Assembly (NCBI RefSeq): GCF_004010195.1
Contig: NC_057727.1
Location: forward strand, 44,904,527 to 44,968,526
Direction: 5' to 3'
Source: Chiloscyllium plagiosum
Lineage: Eukaryota
Length of the DNA stretch: 64,000 nucleotides
Below are positions 1 to 11,178 of this stretch, piece after piece; within the stretch, counting starts at the first letter, position 1; each line of letters begins with the position of its first letter. The notes under the pieces are model-generated. The model searched no databases, was not told where the DNA came from, and was given only the letters and a program-made list of their open reading frames with translations. A program made the translations under genes and the position numbers.

Positions 1-507
1 GGTCTGGGGGGATGGTGAAAACTCGGCAGGGCTGGGAGCTGGGAGCTGGTGTGGGTGTGGAGCTGGGAGTGGGAGTGGAACCTGTAACTGGAGTGGGTGT
101 GGTGGTGGGGGGAATAGGGATGGAGTCATGAGCAGGGTTAGTGTTCCCCTCAGGGTTCTGGGCGGCAGGGATGGTGATAGTGGGATCTGTGGGGGACGTG
201 TCAGCAGAATGCAGGTGAGTGGCGCTGGTGGGGGCAGAAGTGGTGGTGTGTGGCGTTGGTGGGGGTGGAAGTGGTGGCAGACACGGCAGTAGGGGTGGCG
301 GCAGTCACTGAGCATGTGACATCAGTGATTATGTGAGGGGCGGAAGTGATGTCACGTGTGATGCATGATGAATTGTGCGGGGCGGAAGTGGCTGTGGGAA
401 TGGTCATGATGGGGGGCGGAAATGACATCATCAATCAGCGTGGGCGTGGCAGCAGTACCAGCCGCATGGCCAACGGTGTCCGAGCAGTTCCAGAGGCCAG
501 CAGTCAT
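1..507 (-). mobile_element. Penelope-like element, N-terminal part of ORF (Thr/Pro-rich linker leading toward the RT, runs off the left edge)
   Basis: Minus strand at 1-40 reads SQPCRVFTIPPD, resembling the segment just before the RT in PLE ORFs. It is preceded by low-complexity TSAP/TATT repeats (ORF 201..434). It abuts a CR1 fragment at about 507. Confidence 0.6.
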
Positions 508-996
508 GGCACAGGTTATAACAGCAGGGAGGTCATGTTGGAATTGTACAGGATTTTGGTATGGCCACACTGTGTTCAATCTTAGTCATGGGACTCTGGG
601 AAGGTTATGATTGTACTGGAAGGGGAGAAGAGGCTGGATAAATTTGGATTGTTTTCTTTGAAACAGAGAATGTTTAGGGGGTCCTGATAGAGTGTGTAAG
701 ATTGTGAGGGGGATGGACAGGGCAAGAGTTTGGCAGCTGTTCCCCTGAGTTTAAGGTCAATAATAAGGGGTTCACTTTTAAGGTGAAAGGCAGGAGTTTT
801 GGAGGGGGCTTGAAGAAAATCCAGGTGGTTGAGGGAGGAAACCTCATAAGCTTTTTTAAAAGTCCTTGGATGAGCACTCAAAGTGTCATAACATTCAAAG
901 CTGTGGAAATGAAACTAGTGTAGATTTAGTGTATTTTTTGGCAGTACAGGCTAGATGGGCCAGAGGGCCTCTTCCAGCTTGTATGATTCTATGATT
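508..996 (+). mobile_element. CR1-like (HER1-type) LINE 3' fragment
   Basis: GYNSREVMLELYRILVWPH-CVQ is the CR1 ORF2 C-terminal motif. Ends in gggccagagggcct...atgattctatgatt tail. Confidence 0.8.
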
Positions 997-2225
997 TTAA
1001 ATTCAATGGCAAGTGGTGCATTGTCCTGTCTGTTTGTTGGAAGTCATGAAAATCAGAGAGCATCTTCCCTTCTTCTAATGAATGGTTTTGAAAAAAATAA
1101 CCTGACAAACTGAACCAAAAGATAACAAGAGGACATGGAGAGAAGTAAATAGAGAGAATCGTGTGAGGTAAGGGTGAGTGGAGCAAGTGCAAGGGTTTTT
1201 GGAGAGGGGTGTGGTTTGTCTGGCTAGCACAGAGATAAGCAGAGCTAAAGCTAATGAAGTGTGTGAGCAACAAGATGAACAGGAAAGGAAGGTGAGAGCG
1301 ATTGTCTCACTGCAGTCAAATGCCAGTGGAGTTGTTGGAGTTCAGGAAAATCAATGGGCATCTTTGCTTCCCAGATCAGCTGTGGCTAACACTTGAGTTT
1401 ATGATGAGGAGAGGACAGCATACCTTGGATGCTGTGGACAGTGTTGGAGGAAGAATGAATAGTTGTGAACATTTCTCTAGATGCATCAGTTCTTTAGTAC
1501 AAATTGTTCACGATTACCTCTCTGTAACCTTTGGAGAGAAAGGGCATTATGAAATTTTTAGGCTGTCCTTTTGGACCAGTGCTGAGTTTTGCTCCTGTTA
1601 CCACACTAAGTTCTCTCTTGTTTGTGGACTTTTTTTTCAGAACCTTTGCTGCACAATCATTGAGTCCCAGTGTAGGAAAGTGAGTCTGTATCAGCAAGAT
1701 CAGAACGGCAGCCACAAGTCTCTTCCTTTTCAGTTTCCACTGCCAAACTTTGGCCCTTGATGCTTTTAAGTCTGAATGCCACAACTGGCAAATAATTGGT
1801 TGACAAACATATATTGTGTTGTAATACTGCACAAGAGTAGGCTCAACAATATAATGCTTCCAAACGGTTCTAAACAACATTGTAGGCAGTTCAACCTAAC
1901 ATTTATTATAGTTTCAAAGCTTAGTATTTATGCTTTCGTCCGGGCTAATTTGTAATAACACTATCAAAAGGAGTGATATACAATCTACAAGAGGCAGGTG
2001 TTTTCATCACTCATTAAGAAATGCAACATACTTGGATTATGTCATTATTCAGATCAGCAACTCAATTGCAGCTACACTGATCGATTAGCAATTTAATTAA
2101 ACATCTGACTGGATTATTTTTTTTTAAATTGTAATCATGTTGACAGTTGTTTTACTACTGATGAGCTGAAAAATGTGTTGCTGGAAAAGCGCAGCAGGTC
2201 AGGCAGCATCCAAGGAGCAGGAGAA

Positions 2226-2258
2226 TCGATGTTTCGGGCATAAGCCCTTCTTCAGGAA
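2226..2258 (-). ncRNA. Minimal hammerhead ribozyme motif in PLE pLTR
   Basis: Minus strand: ttc CTGAAGA A GGGC-TTAT-GCCC GAAACATC ga. Confidence 0.65.
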
Positions 2259-3378
2259 TGAGGACGGTGTGCCAAGCAGGCTAAGATAAAAGGTGGGGAG
2301 GAGGGACTTGGGGGAGGGGTGTTGGGAATGCGATAGGTGGAAGGAGGTTAAGGTGAGGTTGATAGGCCGGAGTAGGGGTGGGGGCAGAGAGGTCGGGAAG
2401 AAGAATGCCGGTCAAGAAGGCGGGGCTGAGTCCGAGGGGTGGAAATGAGATAAAGTGAGGGGAGGGGAAATGAGGAAGCTGGAGAAATCTACATTCATCC
2501 CTTGTGGTTGGAGGGTTCCTAGGCGGAAGATGAGGCGCTCTTCCTCCAGGCGTTATGTTGCCATTGTCTGGCGATGGAGGAGACCAATGACCTGCATGTC
2601 CTTGGTGGAGTCCTTCGTCATTTCCGCCACCTCCAAAGAGACCCCACCACCAAGGATATATTTCCCTCCCCTCCCCTATCAGCGTTCCGGAAAGAGCACT
2701 CCCTCCGCGACTCCCTCGTCAGGTCCACACCCCCCACCAACCCAACCTCCACTCACGGCACCTTCCCCTGCTACTGCAAGAAATGCAAAACTTGCACCCA
2801 CACCTCCCACCTCACTTCCCTTCAAGACCCAAGGGATCCTTCCATATCCGTCGCAAATTCACCTGCACCTCCACACACATCATGTACTGCATCCGCTGCA
2901 CCCGATGTGGCCTCCTCTACATTGGGGAGACAGGCCGCCTACTTGCGGAACGTTTTAGAGAACACCTCTGGGACACCCACCAACCAACCCAACCGCCCCG
3001 TGGCTGAACACTAACTCCCCCTCCCACTCCGCCAAGGACATGCAGGTCCTTGGCCTCCTCCATCGCCAGACCATGGCAACACGATGCCTGGAGGAAGAGC
3101 GCCTTATCTTCCGCCAAGGAACCCTCCAACCACAAGGGATGAAATGCAGATATCTCCAGCTTCCTCATTTCCTCTCCCCCCTCCTTATCTCAGTCCCAAC
3201 CCTCGGACTCAGCCCCACCTTCTTGACCTGCAATCTTCTTCCTGATCTCTCCATCCCCACCCCTTCTCCAGCCTATCACCCTCACCTTAACCTCCTTCCA
3301 CCTATCGCATTCCCAACGCCTTCCCCCAAGTTCCACCTCCCTACCTTTGATCTTAGCCTGCTTGGCGCACCCTCCTAA

Positions 3379-3411
3379 TTCCTGAAGAAGGGCTTATGCC
3401 CGAAATATCGA
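3379..3411 (+). ncRNA. Minimal hammerhead ribozyme motif in PLE pLTR
   Basis: ttc CTGAAGA (3382-3388) A GGGC-TTAT-GCCC GAAA (3402-3405) TATC ga. Confidence 0.7.
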
Positions 3412-4849
3412 TTCTCCTGCTCCTTGGATGCTGCCTCACCTGCTACGCTTTTCCAGCAACAGATTTTTCAGCTCTGATCTCCAGCATCTGCAGTCCTCAC
3501 TTTCTCCTAGTTGTTTTACCACAGTAACCTGTGATATTTCTCCCAAATCCAATAAACAGTACATCATTGTTTAGTATTAAGGTTTCATTTCAAGTCAAAG
3601 ACTCGAACCTAACACAAATGAGTTTGAAGGGCAGATCTCCATTTAGTACTGATAGCCATATATTCAGCATTACATTTGATAGTCAAAATTCTTTTTGAAC
3701 TCCCTTTGGTGTGAGCAGTGCCCAAACTGTGATGTAATTCTTAAATATTTTCTGTTTCTCATGTATACTCATGAAAAACAAGATTCTTTTTCCTTTATGA
3801 AATTCCTACCACAGAATTGTGTACAGCATTAATGGAAGAAACTATTGAATTTGTTAATAGAAATGATCAAAACGTAATTGGCAACTAGTCACTGACAACG
3901 TACTCTGCCAGAACTAACCCAATATATTGCAAAATCTTTGCCCATGGGTTATCTGTTTCAATTACACCAATATGATTTATCTAAAAATGAAGTAGTGGTT
4001 TTTAATGGAGTTGAATTTACTGGAGCTGTATAAGTTGATTTGATGTTTGAGAGAAAAAGAATTACCTGATGTTGTAATCACAATAATACATAGAAAGCAC
4101 TGTCATTCAGTATATTTGTAATTGAAACAGAATCAGGATTTCTAAAAGTAATTTACAAAAACAGAACAATGTTATGTTAAAATGTAAACAATGTTTGCCA
4201 CTAAAAGGTGACAGCAGTAGATTTTACAGAATAATGCAAATGATACCATACCATGCTCTGGATAGTGGGGTTTCTTGTAACTTCTATGTTTGTATATGGG
4301 AGGGGAACTGCAAGTTGATTCTGCAGATCAAAGTTAACGAAGAAGAAGGAAACTGCAACTCTATTTCAAGTGTGTTATAGAAAACTATGTTGAGGCTACT
4401 TATGGCACAGTAAAAGTGTCCCTACCTGGGAGCCTGAAGGTACAAGCTCCACCTGCTCCAATGGTGTAACATAACATTACTGAACAAACTGATTTGGAAA
4501 ATATCTGGAAAATCATGCTGTGCAAAGGGAATACATATTTACATAAATTACAGAATAATAAAGACTCAACAGTGCCATAATAATGGTCCATCCAAAGACT
4601 GGGGGTTAAAGATAATAAAGAATGGCAAATGTCTCTACAATATGTCTGGAGCTGTTTTCATTTGGATAAAGGATAAGTTTGACTATATTTGAATGGGGTA
4701 TCCTATCAGTGTTGCTGCTGACCAACCCTACAAAGTTCTAAGAATGCAACTCGTTTATATATATTGAAGAAATGGTTAACAAAAGTTGTTGTTCATCAGT
4801 ATGAAGACAGATTTACCTGTCTCTCCAACAGCAGTATGATTTTAGTACA

Positions 4850-5400
4850 AGTTCTAAATCAGCATATTTTAATACAAAATGAAGAAAAGGAAATATGGAA
4901 TTTAGTTCTAGAAAACAAAATGGGGCAAGTAGACAATGAAAGGGCATAGGAATATTTATGAAACAGAGATCTGAATACAATTAAATGAATTGGAATGAAA
5001 TACTTGCAATTAGGCGGTGTCTAGTCAATTAAAAATCTCTAAATGTGAGATCATGGTGCAGGCTGCATAAATATCTACAGGACATGGAAAGGGGGAAAAA
5101 AAATCAAAATGCAAACCTGAAGATTGTGAGAAAGGAGGAATAAGAGAACACTGAGAGGGTGAATAGCAACACAAAGGTAGGCAGAGGATATATAAAAAGC
5201 AAAAGTTTCATTAAGTTATTCAAGTGAGGACTTAACGGAGAAAGAATTATTAAACTAAGTTGGGGAGTAGGCATTTCATGACTAACATATGCAAGTACTT
5301 TTGAGAATGATAAGATAAAAACTTGGAGGAGGGAATGGCCTTTGGATCTTTGATTGATACCTGACAAATACTGCACGACGAACAATTACCAGACAATGAT
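4850..5400 (+). mobile_element. Highly decayed CR1-like LINE internal fragment
   Basis: NLVLENKMGQVD resembles the LDLVLxNxxGQV end of the CR1 endonuclease domain. The rest is very degenerate. Confidence 0.35.
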
Positions 5401-6490
5401 CTTTCACTGAATTGGCCAATAAGTTGCCAACAGGCACCCTAATTTTCCGATTAAGGACAGTGGATAAGTTCAGAAGAAGGTACAGTCTCCTGTTTCATGC
5501 AAGGGGGGAAGAGGGTGACTCTCAACATTCTTTAGAACTTTTAACTTAAAAATTATAACAATAGTTAGACCATCACTGTGGAGGAGGATCCTCAATGTGC
5601 CCTGTGCCAATTCTGTGGCCAGGTAAGAAGCTCTCAAAGGCCACTTGGAACAAAAGCCCCCTCACTTTCCATCTGATACTGGGAGGCAGCCTCCAGTCAG
5701 CTGACCTGTTACTGAAGCCACAGGAGGCCTTGCATCCAGTTGGCCTCCATTAATTGACCATCAACTTACCAAACTGGAAACGTATCCACTTCTGCTTCTG
5801 ATCCTACTTTTGCAAAATAAGGCCAGCAACAAGAGTTGGTGCCAGAAAACAGGCATACCATTTGTTAACGTGGATAATTGCACGACCACTCTTCTGCTGC
5901 TCTGCTCCCCTCCCAGAACCCCACCCCTGCGAGTGTTCACAAATGCACACACCCTACCTCTGTATCCACCTGCACATTGAGTCAAAGACTCTGTCTAAAG
6001 AGAGGGTGGAAAGAGACAAAAGTTTAATAGGACAAAGAATAGCACAGAGGAAAGTAGAGATGTAATTTAGTTTTATGTAATTGCTACTGAATTTATGAAA
6101 TTATTTATTTACACATTGACTATTGAGAAATTCAGGAAGAGACATTATTATTTATGGGAATACGTTGTAGCATGGAGTGAGTAGGAGTTCATTCATTATT
6201 GTTATTGATTTTGTAACAAATATAAAGGGGCCAGTGGGAGTAACTTAATTCATGATTGCGAATATTGAGAATTAATATAGTAGCTAACCTACTGAAGTTA
6301 GCATAAATATGTTAAGAAATTAACTCATTAATTATTTTATAAAGTAATAACAATGCTGGGCAGTTGGTTCATGTTAATACAATAAACTTAGGAAGGGGAA
6401 TTAATTGTCATCGTAATTTGAGGAAGATGCAATGAAAATGTGTTGCTGGAAAAGTGCAGCAGGTCAGGCAGCATCCAAGGAGCAGGAGAA

Positions 6491-6523
6491 TCGATGTTTC
6501 GGGCATCAGCCCTTCTTCAGGAA
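6491..6523 (-). ncRNA. Minimal hammerhead ribozyme motif in PLE pLTR
   Basis: Minus strand: ttc CTGAAGA A GGGC-TGAT-GCCC GAAACATC ga. Confidence 0.65.
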
Positions 6524-7885
6524 TGAGGAGAGTGTGCCAAGCAGGCTAAGATAAAAGGTAGGGAGGAGGGACTTGGGGGAGGGGCGTTGGAAATGCGATA
6601 GGTGGAAGGAGGTTAAGGTGAGGCTGATAGGCCGGAGTGGGGGTGGGGGCGGAGAGGTCATGAAGAAGATTGCAGGTTAGGAAGGTGGTGCTGAGTTCGA
6701 GGGTTGGGACTGAGACAAGGTGGGGAGAGGGGAAATGAGGAAACTGGAGAAATCTGAGTTCATCCCATGTGGTTAGAGGGTTCCTAGGCGGAAGATGAGG
6801 CGCTCTTCCTCCAACTGTCATGTTACTATGGTCTGGCATTGGAGGAGTCCAAGGACCTGCATGTCCTTAGTGGAGTGGGAGGGGGAGTTGAAGTGTTGAG
6901 CCACGGGGTGGTTGGGTTGGTTGGTCCGGGTGTCCCAGAGGTGTACTCTGAAACGTTCCGCAAGTAGGCGGCCTGTCTCCCCAATATAGGGGAGCCACAT
7001 CGGATGCAGCGGATGCAGTAATTAATGTGTGTGGAGGTGCAGGGGAATTTGTGGCGGATATGGAAGGATGCCCTGGGGCCTTGGAGGGAAGTAAGGGGGG
7101 AGGTGTGGGCGCAAGTTTTGCATTTCCTGCGGTTGCAGGGGAAGGTGCCGGGAGTGGAGGTTGGGTTGGTGGGGGGTGTGGACCTGACAAGAGAGTCACG
7201 GAGGGAGTGGTCTTTTCGGAACGCTGATAGGGGACGGAAATACATCCCTGGTGGTGAGGTCCGTTTGGAGGTGGCGGAAATGACGACGGATGATATGATG
7301 TATATGAAGGTTGGTGGGGTGGTAGGTGAGGACCAGTGGGGTTCGGTTCTGGTGGTGACCAACCTCCATACACATCATATCATCCGTCGTCATTTCTGCC
7401 ACCTCCAAATGGACCTCACCACCAGGGATATATTTCCGTCCCCTCCCTTATCAGCGTTCTGAAAAGACCACTCCCTCCGTGACTCCCTTGTCAGGTCCAC
7501 ACCCCCCACCAACCCAACCTCTACTCCCGGCACCTTCCCTTGCAACTACAAGAAATGCAAAACTTGCGCCCACACCTCCCCCCTTACTTCCCTCCAAGGC
7601 CCCAAGGGATCCTTCCATATCCGCTATAAATTTACCTGCACCTCCACACGCATCATTTACTGCATCCGCTGCATGCGATGTGGCCTCCTCTATATTGGGG
7701 AGACAGGCCGCCAACTTGCGGAATGTTTCAGAGAACACCTCTGGGACACCCGGACCAACCAACCACCCCCACTCCGGCCTATCAGCCTCACCTTAACCTC
7801 CTTCCACCTATCGCATTTCCAACGCCCCTCCCCCAAGTCCCTCCTCCCTACCTTTTATCTTAGCCTGCTTGGCACACTCTCCTCA

Positions 7886-7918
7886 TTCCTGAAGAAGGAC
7901 TGATGCCCGAAACGTCGA
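7886..7918 (+). ncRNA. Minimal hammerhead ribozyme motif in PLE pLTR
   Basis: ttc CTGAAGA (7889-7895) A GGAC-TGAT-GCCC GAAACGTC (7909-7916) ga. Canonical GUC triplet, one helix II mismatch. Confidence 0.65.
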
Positions 7919-8949
7919 TTCTCCTGCTCCTTGGATGCTGCCTGACCTGCTGCACTTTTCCAGCAACACATATTCAGCTCTGATCCCCAGCATTGCAGTC
8001 CTCACTTGCTCCTAGAAGATGCAATGATGGCAGGTTGCATTTAATTTAAGTAACAACAATTGTGAGATAAAATTATGTAGTATTTATTAAGGAAACACTA
8101 AGTTACAGAAAGGATGAACTGTTGATAAAGACTGGGGAATGAGGTATAGGGGAAAATTCATGAATAAATTATTTACTAAGCCCTTGAAGAAAACGAAGAG
8201 ACTGGGATTTGCTTTAGTGCCTAGTTAAGAACGTGAGCACAATAATCTACGGTGAACTAAATCACATTATTCCAGGAAAGCGCCAAAATGATGGTATGAA
8301 AGTAAATGCAGGAATAGAAAAGCTTTTTTTTTTCAGTAATTTATTATGATGGCAGAAGAAAGCCGAGTAAATCTATATTAATTCTATCATTAGATTAGCT
8401 CTGACTGGCTGTATTAAAGGTAAGTAAACTTGAGATAAGTTGCCAGCTATTGAGGCCAGTTGTCCTGAGATAAAACAGCATGCCAGGAAACCAAAGAGTT
8501 ATAATGGGATGGGAAACGAGGGTCAGGGTAGAAATTGGACTTACAGTGCCTGTATTTTAGACAACATGCGGCCTAAAAACCCTTAAAAATAATGTATGAA
8601 ATATACTAGCATTCTTCCAATTGGGAAATGTGTCAGGCACCAACTTCAGAAAGTGATTTCTAAAGATGCTGCTGATTTGTTGCCAATGCTGACATTGTCA
8701 AAACCCTGCCTCTACCCAATGCCCTAGCCTATGTTTGCATGACCGAACACAACAGGACTCCATTAGATTTATATTTAAAGGGATAATGAGCTACATGCAA
8801 ATTAGCTGTTAACAATTATTTCATTTGGCTGCAGGTATATTTATATGCATTTCTGGATTTTCCCTACATTTGGTTAATGTTTGAAAAGTCCAGGCTGTGA
8901 TTTGGCTGGCATTCAAGTATCTTTTTGTTGACTTAACAGATTTTGACGA

Positions 8950-9322
8950 AGCAACTTCCCTTCGGATACGGATAGTGTAGGAGGTCTTCCTTTGGGAGTT
9001 GAAGAAGATTGGAGAATGTAGAAAGACAATGCAGGGCAAGAAAGGATGTTTGAACAGGGAGGAGGAGAAAGTGAAGAACGCTCCACCTGGAGACATATCC
9101 ATTGGCGGTCTTTGAAGGGCTATTCTTTTAATTAAACGTCAAGAAAAAAAAAACGTGAGACATGTTTGCTTCACACAATTGTGGCTGATAACGTGCCAAA
9201 TTCTGTAGTCATATCGGCAATACTGAAACAGGACAAGGACATTATTGTCTGTGACAGGCAAGATGACCATCACTCTTAACATTGCTGTGTGTGATTCCCT
9301 TAAGGTTGCTGCTGGAGATTTC
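8950..9322 (+). mobile_element. Harbinger transposase 5' remnant
   Basis: 9245-9322 translates LSVTGKMTITLNIAVCDSLKVAAGDF, matching the Harbinger/HARBI1 HTH motif LPVAVKVTxALNFYASGSFQxxxGD. Confidence 0.55.
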
Positions 9323-9324
9323 AC

Positions 9325-9990
9325 TTTATATTCATTAATGAGATGTATGCATTGCTGGTAACGCCAGCATTTGTTGCCCATTCCTCATGACTCCTGAAAA
9401 GATGGTGGTTCACTGACTTCTTGAACAGTTGTGATCCATGTAATGCAGTTAACCTATCGTGCTTATAGGGAGTGAGTTCCAGTATTTGCAATAACAAAGG
9501 ATTAGTGATGTATTTCCAGGTGAGGATGATGTGCAGATAGTTGCAAGGACAGCTCTTCCAACTTTGTCACATACTTCAAGAATTGGGTAAGGAGGATTTT
9601 GTAGGATCAATAAGGTTGGTTTTACATTTGCCATTTACAATGGCTAAGATGATTCTGTGTGATCATTCCATTTCATTCCTCTTTCTGCATTTTGTAGTGG
9701 CTTGATACAACGGAGTGGGTTGATCAGCCTCTTCAAAGGACATTTAAAAGTCAATCTCACTGCAATGGATTTAGAGTTACATATAAATGAAACAAGGTAA
9801 AAACAGCATATTTCCTTCTGTGAAGGAAGAAAATGAATTTTTACACTAATAAAAAGTTGTTTCATAATCACCATTACTCAGACCAGGTATTAAATCATAG
9901 AGTAGAAATTCCACCAGCTGCTGTACTGGGATTTGAACCCTGGTTCCTGAGGCATGGACCTGGTCCTTTGGATCACTAGTCCAGTGATAT
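9325..9990 (-). mobile_element. Old tRNA-headed SINE / LINE-tail repeat
   Basis: Reverse-complement B box (gggatttgaaccc, about 9928-9940). The body matches another fragment at about 25040-25140 (gccagcattt.ttgc.cat). Confidence 0.5.
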
Positions 9991-10036
9991 TATCATTATC
10001 ATTATCCCACCATTCTATTGGTAGCAATCCCCTCTG

Positions 10037-10638
10037 TATTGGTAAAGGGATTGAGCTTCAGAATCATGAGATCATGCTGCAGGTGTACAAAACTCTGGTG
10101 TGGCCACATTTGAACTATTGTGTACAGTTCCGGTTACCGCATTATAGGAAGGATGTGGAAGCTTTGGAAAGGGTTGAGAAGAATTTATTAGGATGTTGTC
10201 TGGTATAGAGGGAAGGTCTTACAAGGAAAAGCTGAAGGATTTAGACTGTTTTCATTAGAGAGAACAAGGTTGAAAGGTGACTTAATTGAGGCATACAAGA
10301 TAATCAGCGGTTTAGATAGGTTGGACAGTGAGAGTCTTTTTCCTCAGATGGTGATGGCTAGCACGAGGGGATTTAGCTTTAATTGAGAGGTGATAGATAT
10401 AGGATAGATGTCAGAGGTAGTTTCGTTACTGAGAGAGTAGTAGGGGCGTGGAACACATTGCCTGCAACAGTGGTAGACTGTTCGGTTTTAAGAGCATTTA
10501 AATGGTCATTGGATAGGCACATGGACGAGAATGGAATAGTGTAGGTTAGATGGGCTTCAGATTGGTTCCACAGATCGATGCAACATCGAGGGCTGAAGGG
10601 CCTGTATTGCACTGTAATGTTCTATGTTCTATGTTCTA
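10037..10638 (+). mobile_element. CR1-like LINE 3' fragment
   Basis: IGKGIELQNHEIMLQVYKTLVWPHLNYCVQFRLPHYRKDVEALERV, with a (gttctat)n tail. Confidence 0.9.
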
Positions 10639-11049
10639 CAAGCTACTTAGGTATTGGACACTTTTCCTGGATTGTCCTCCAGAGTTCTATTGGATTTATC
10701 CAGGCATTGGTACTTCAGAATACCAATCGTCTATTCTGATATAGTCCAAGAACCTCAACATAATTATTGTCTCCCTTTATCTTTGGTTAATACATTGGAG
10801 TCACAAAACCAAGATTGGAGAAGTTCAGCATGATCCCCAATCAATGAACCTATTTTTGTTTTAAGCATCAAGGCTGCCACTATGGATAGACGTGTGATAG
10901 TGATATTATTCTTGAAGTGGAGAAATAGAAATGAAGGGAGAGGACCTAATGTGAGGTTCATTCATTCCTGATTATACAAGGCCTCAACAAAAACCAAAGA
11001 GTATAAATCTGCAGCAACTTACTTGCATAGGGTTCTGTGCCCCATTAGG

Positions 11050-11178
11050 AGACAGTGGGGACCACAGATGTTGGAGAAATCAGAGTTGATAAAGCATGGT
11101 GCTCGAAAAGGCACACATGGTCAGGCAGCATCCAAGGAGCAAGAGAGTCAATGTTTCAGGCCAAACCCTTCTTCAGGG
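11050..11178 (-). mobile_element. PLE family A pLTR fragment with degenerate hammerhead
   Basis: ggtcaggcagcatccaaggagcaagagagtcaatgtttcaggccaaacccttcttcagg matches the pLTR at 2163-2258. Confidence 0.7.

Larger units (their letters stand above)
2163..3508. mobile_element. Penelope-like element family A, fold-back insertion (minus arm 2163-2611, plus arm 2612-3508)
   Basis: Plus arm encodes a Cys-rich linker (CYCKKCKTC) and a GIY-YIG endonuclease (IMYCIRCTRCGLLYIGETGRLLAERFREH), frameshifted. The termini are inverted pLTRs. Imperfect TSD agttgttttactactg (2145-2160) / agttgttttaccacag (3509-3524). Confidence 0.92.
6436..8014. mobile_element. Penelope-like element family A, fold-back insertion (minus arm to about 7355, plus arm about 7357-8014 with a deletion of about 265 bp)
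   Basis: Both arms encode PCNxRKCKTCAH and YCIRC..YIGETGR GIY-YIG motifs. Inverted pLTRs. Exact 13-bp TSD gaagatgcaatga at 6423-6435 and 8015-8027. Confidence 0.93.

Noticed and set aside
1100-1880. ORFs 1302..1760 and 1494..1880 as an exon or retroelement protein
   Set aside because: No motif I can recognise with confidence. It is possibly a very old repeat.
2455-7903. Overlapping 100-180 aa ORFs as genes or an intact GIY-YIG nuclease gene
   Set aside because: They are alternative frames of frameshifted, 5'-truncated PLE arms. No RT core is present in the window.
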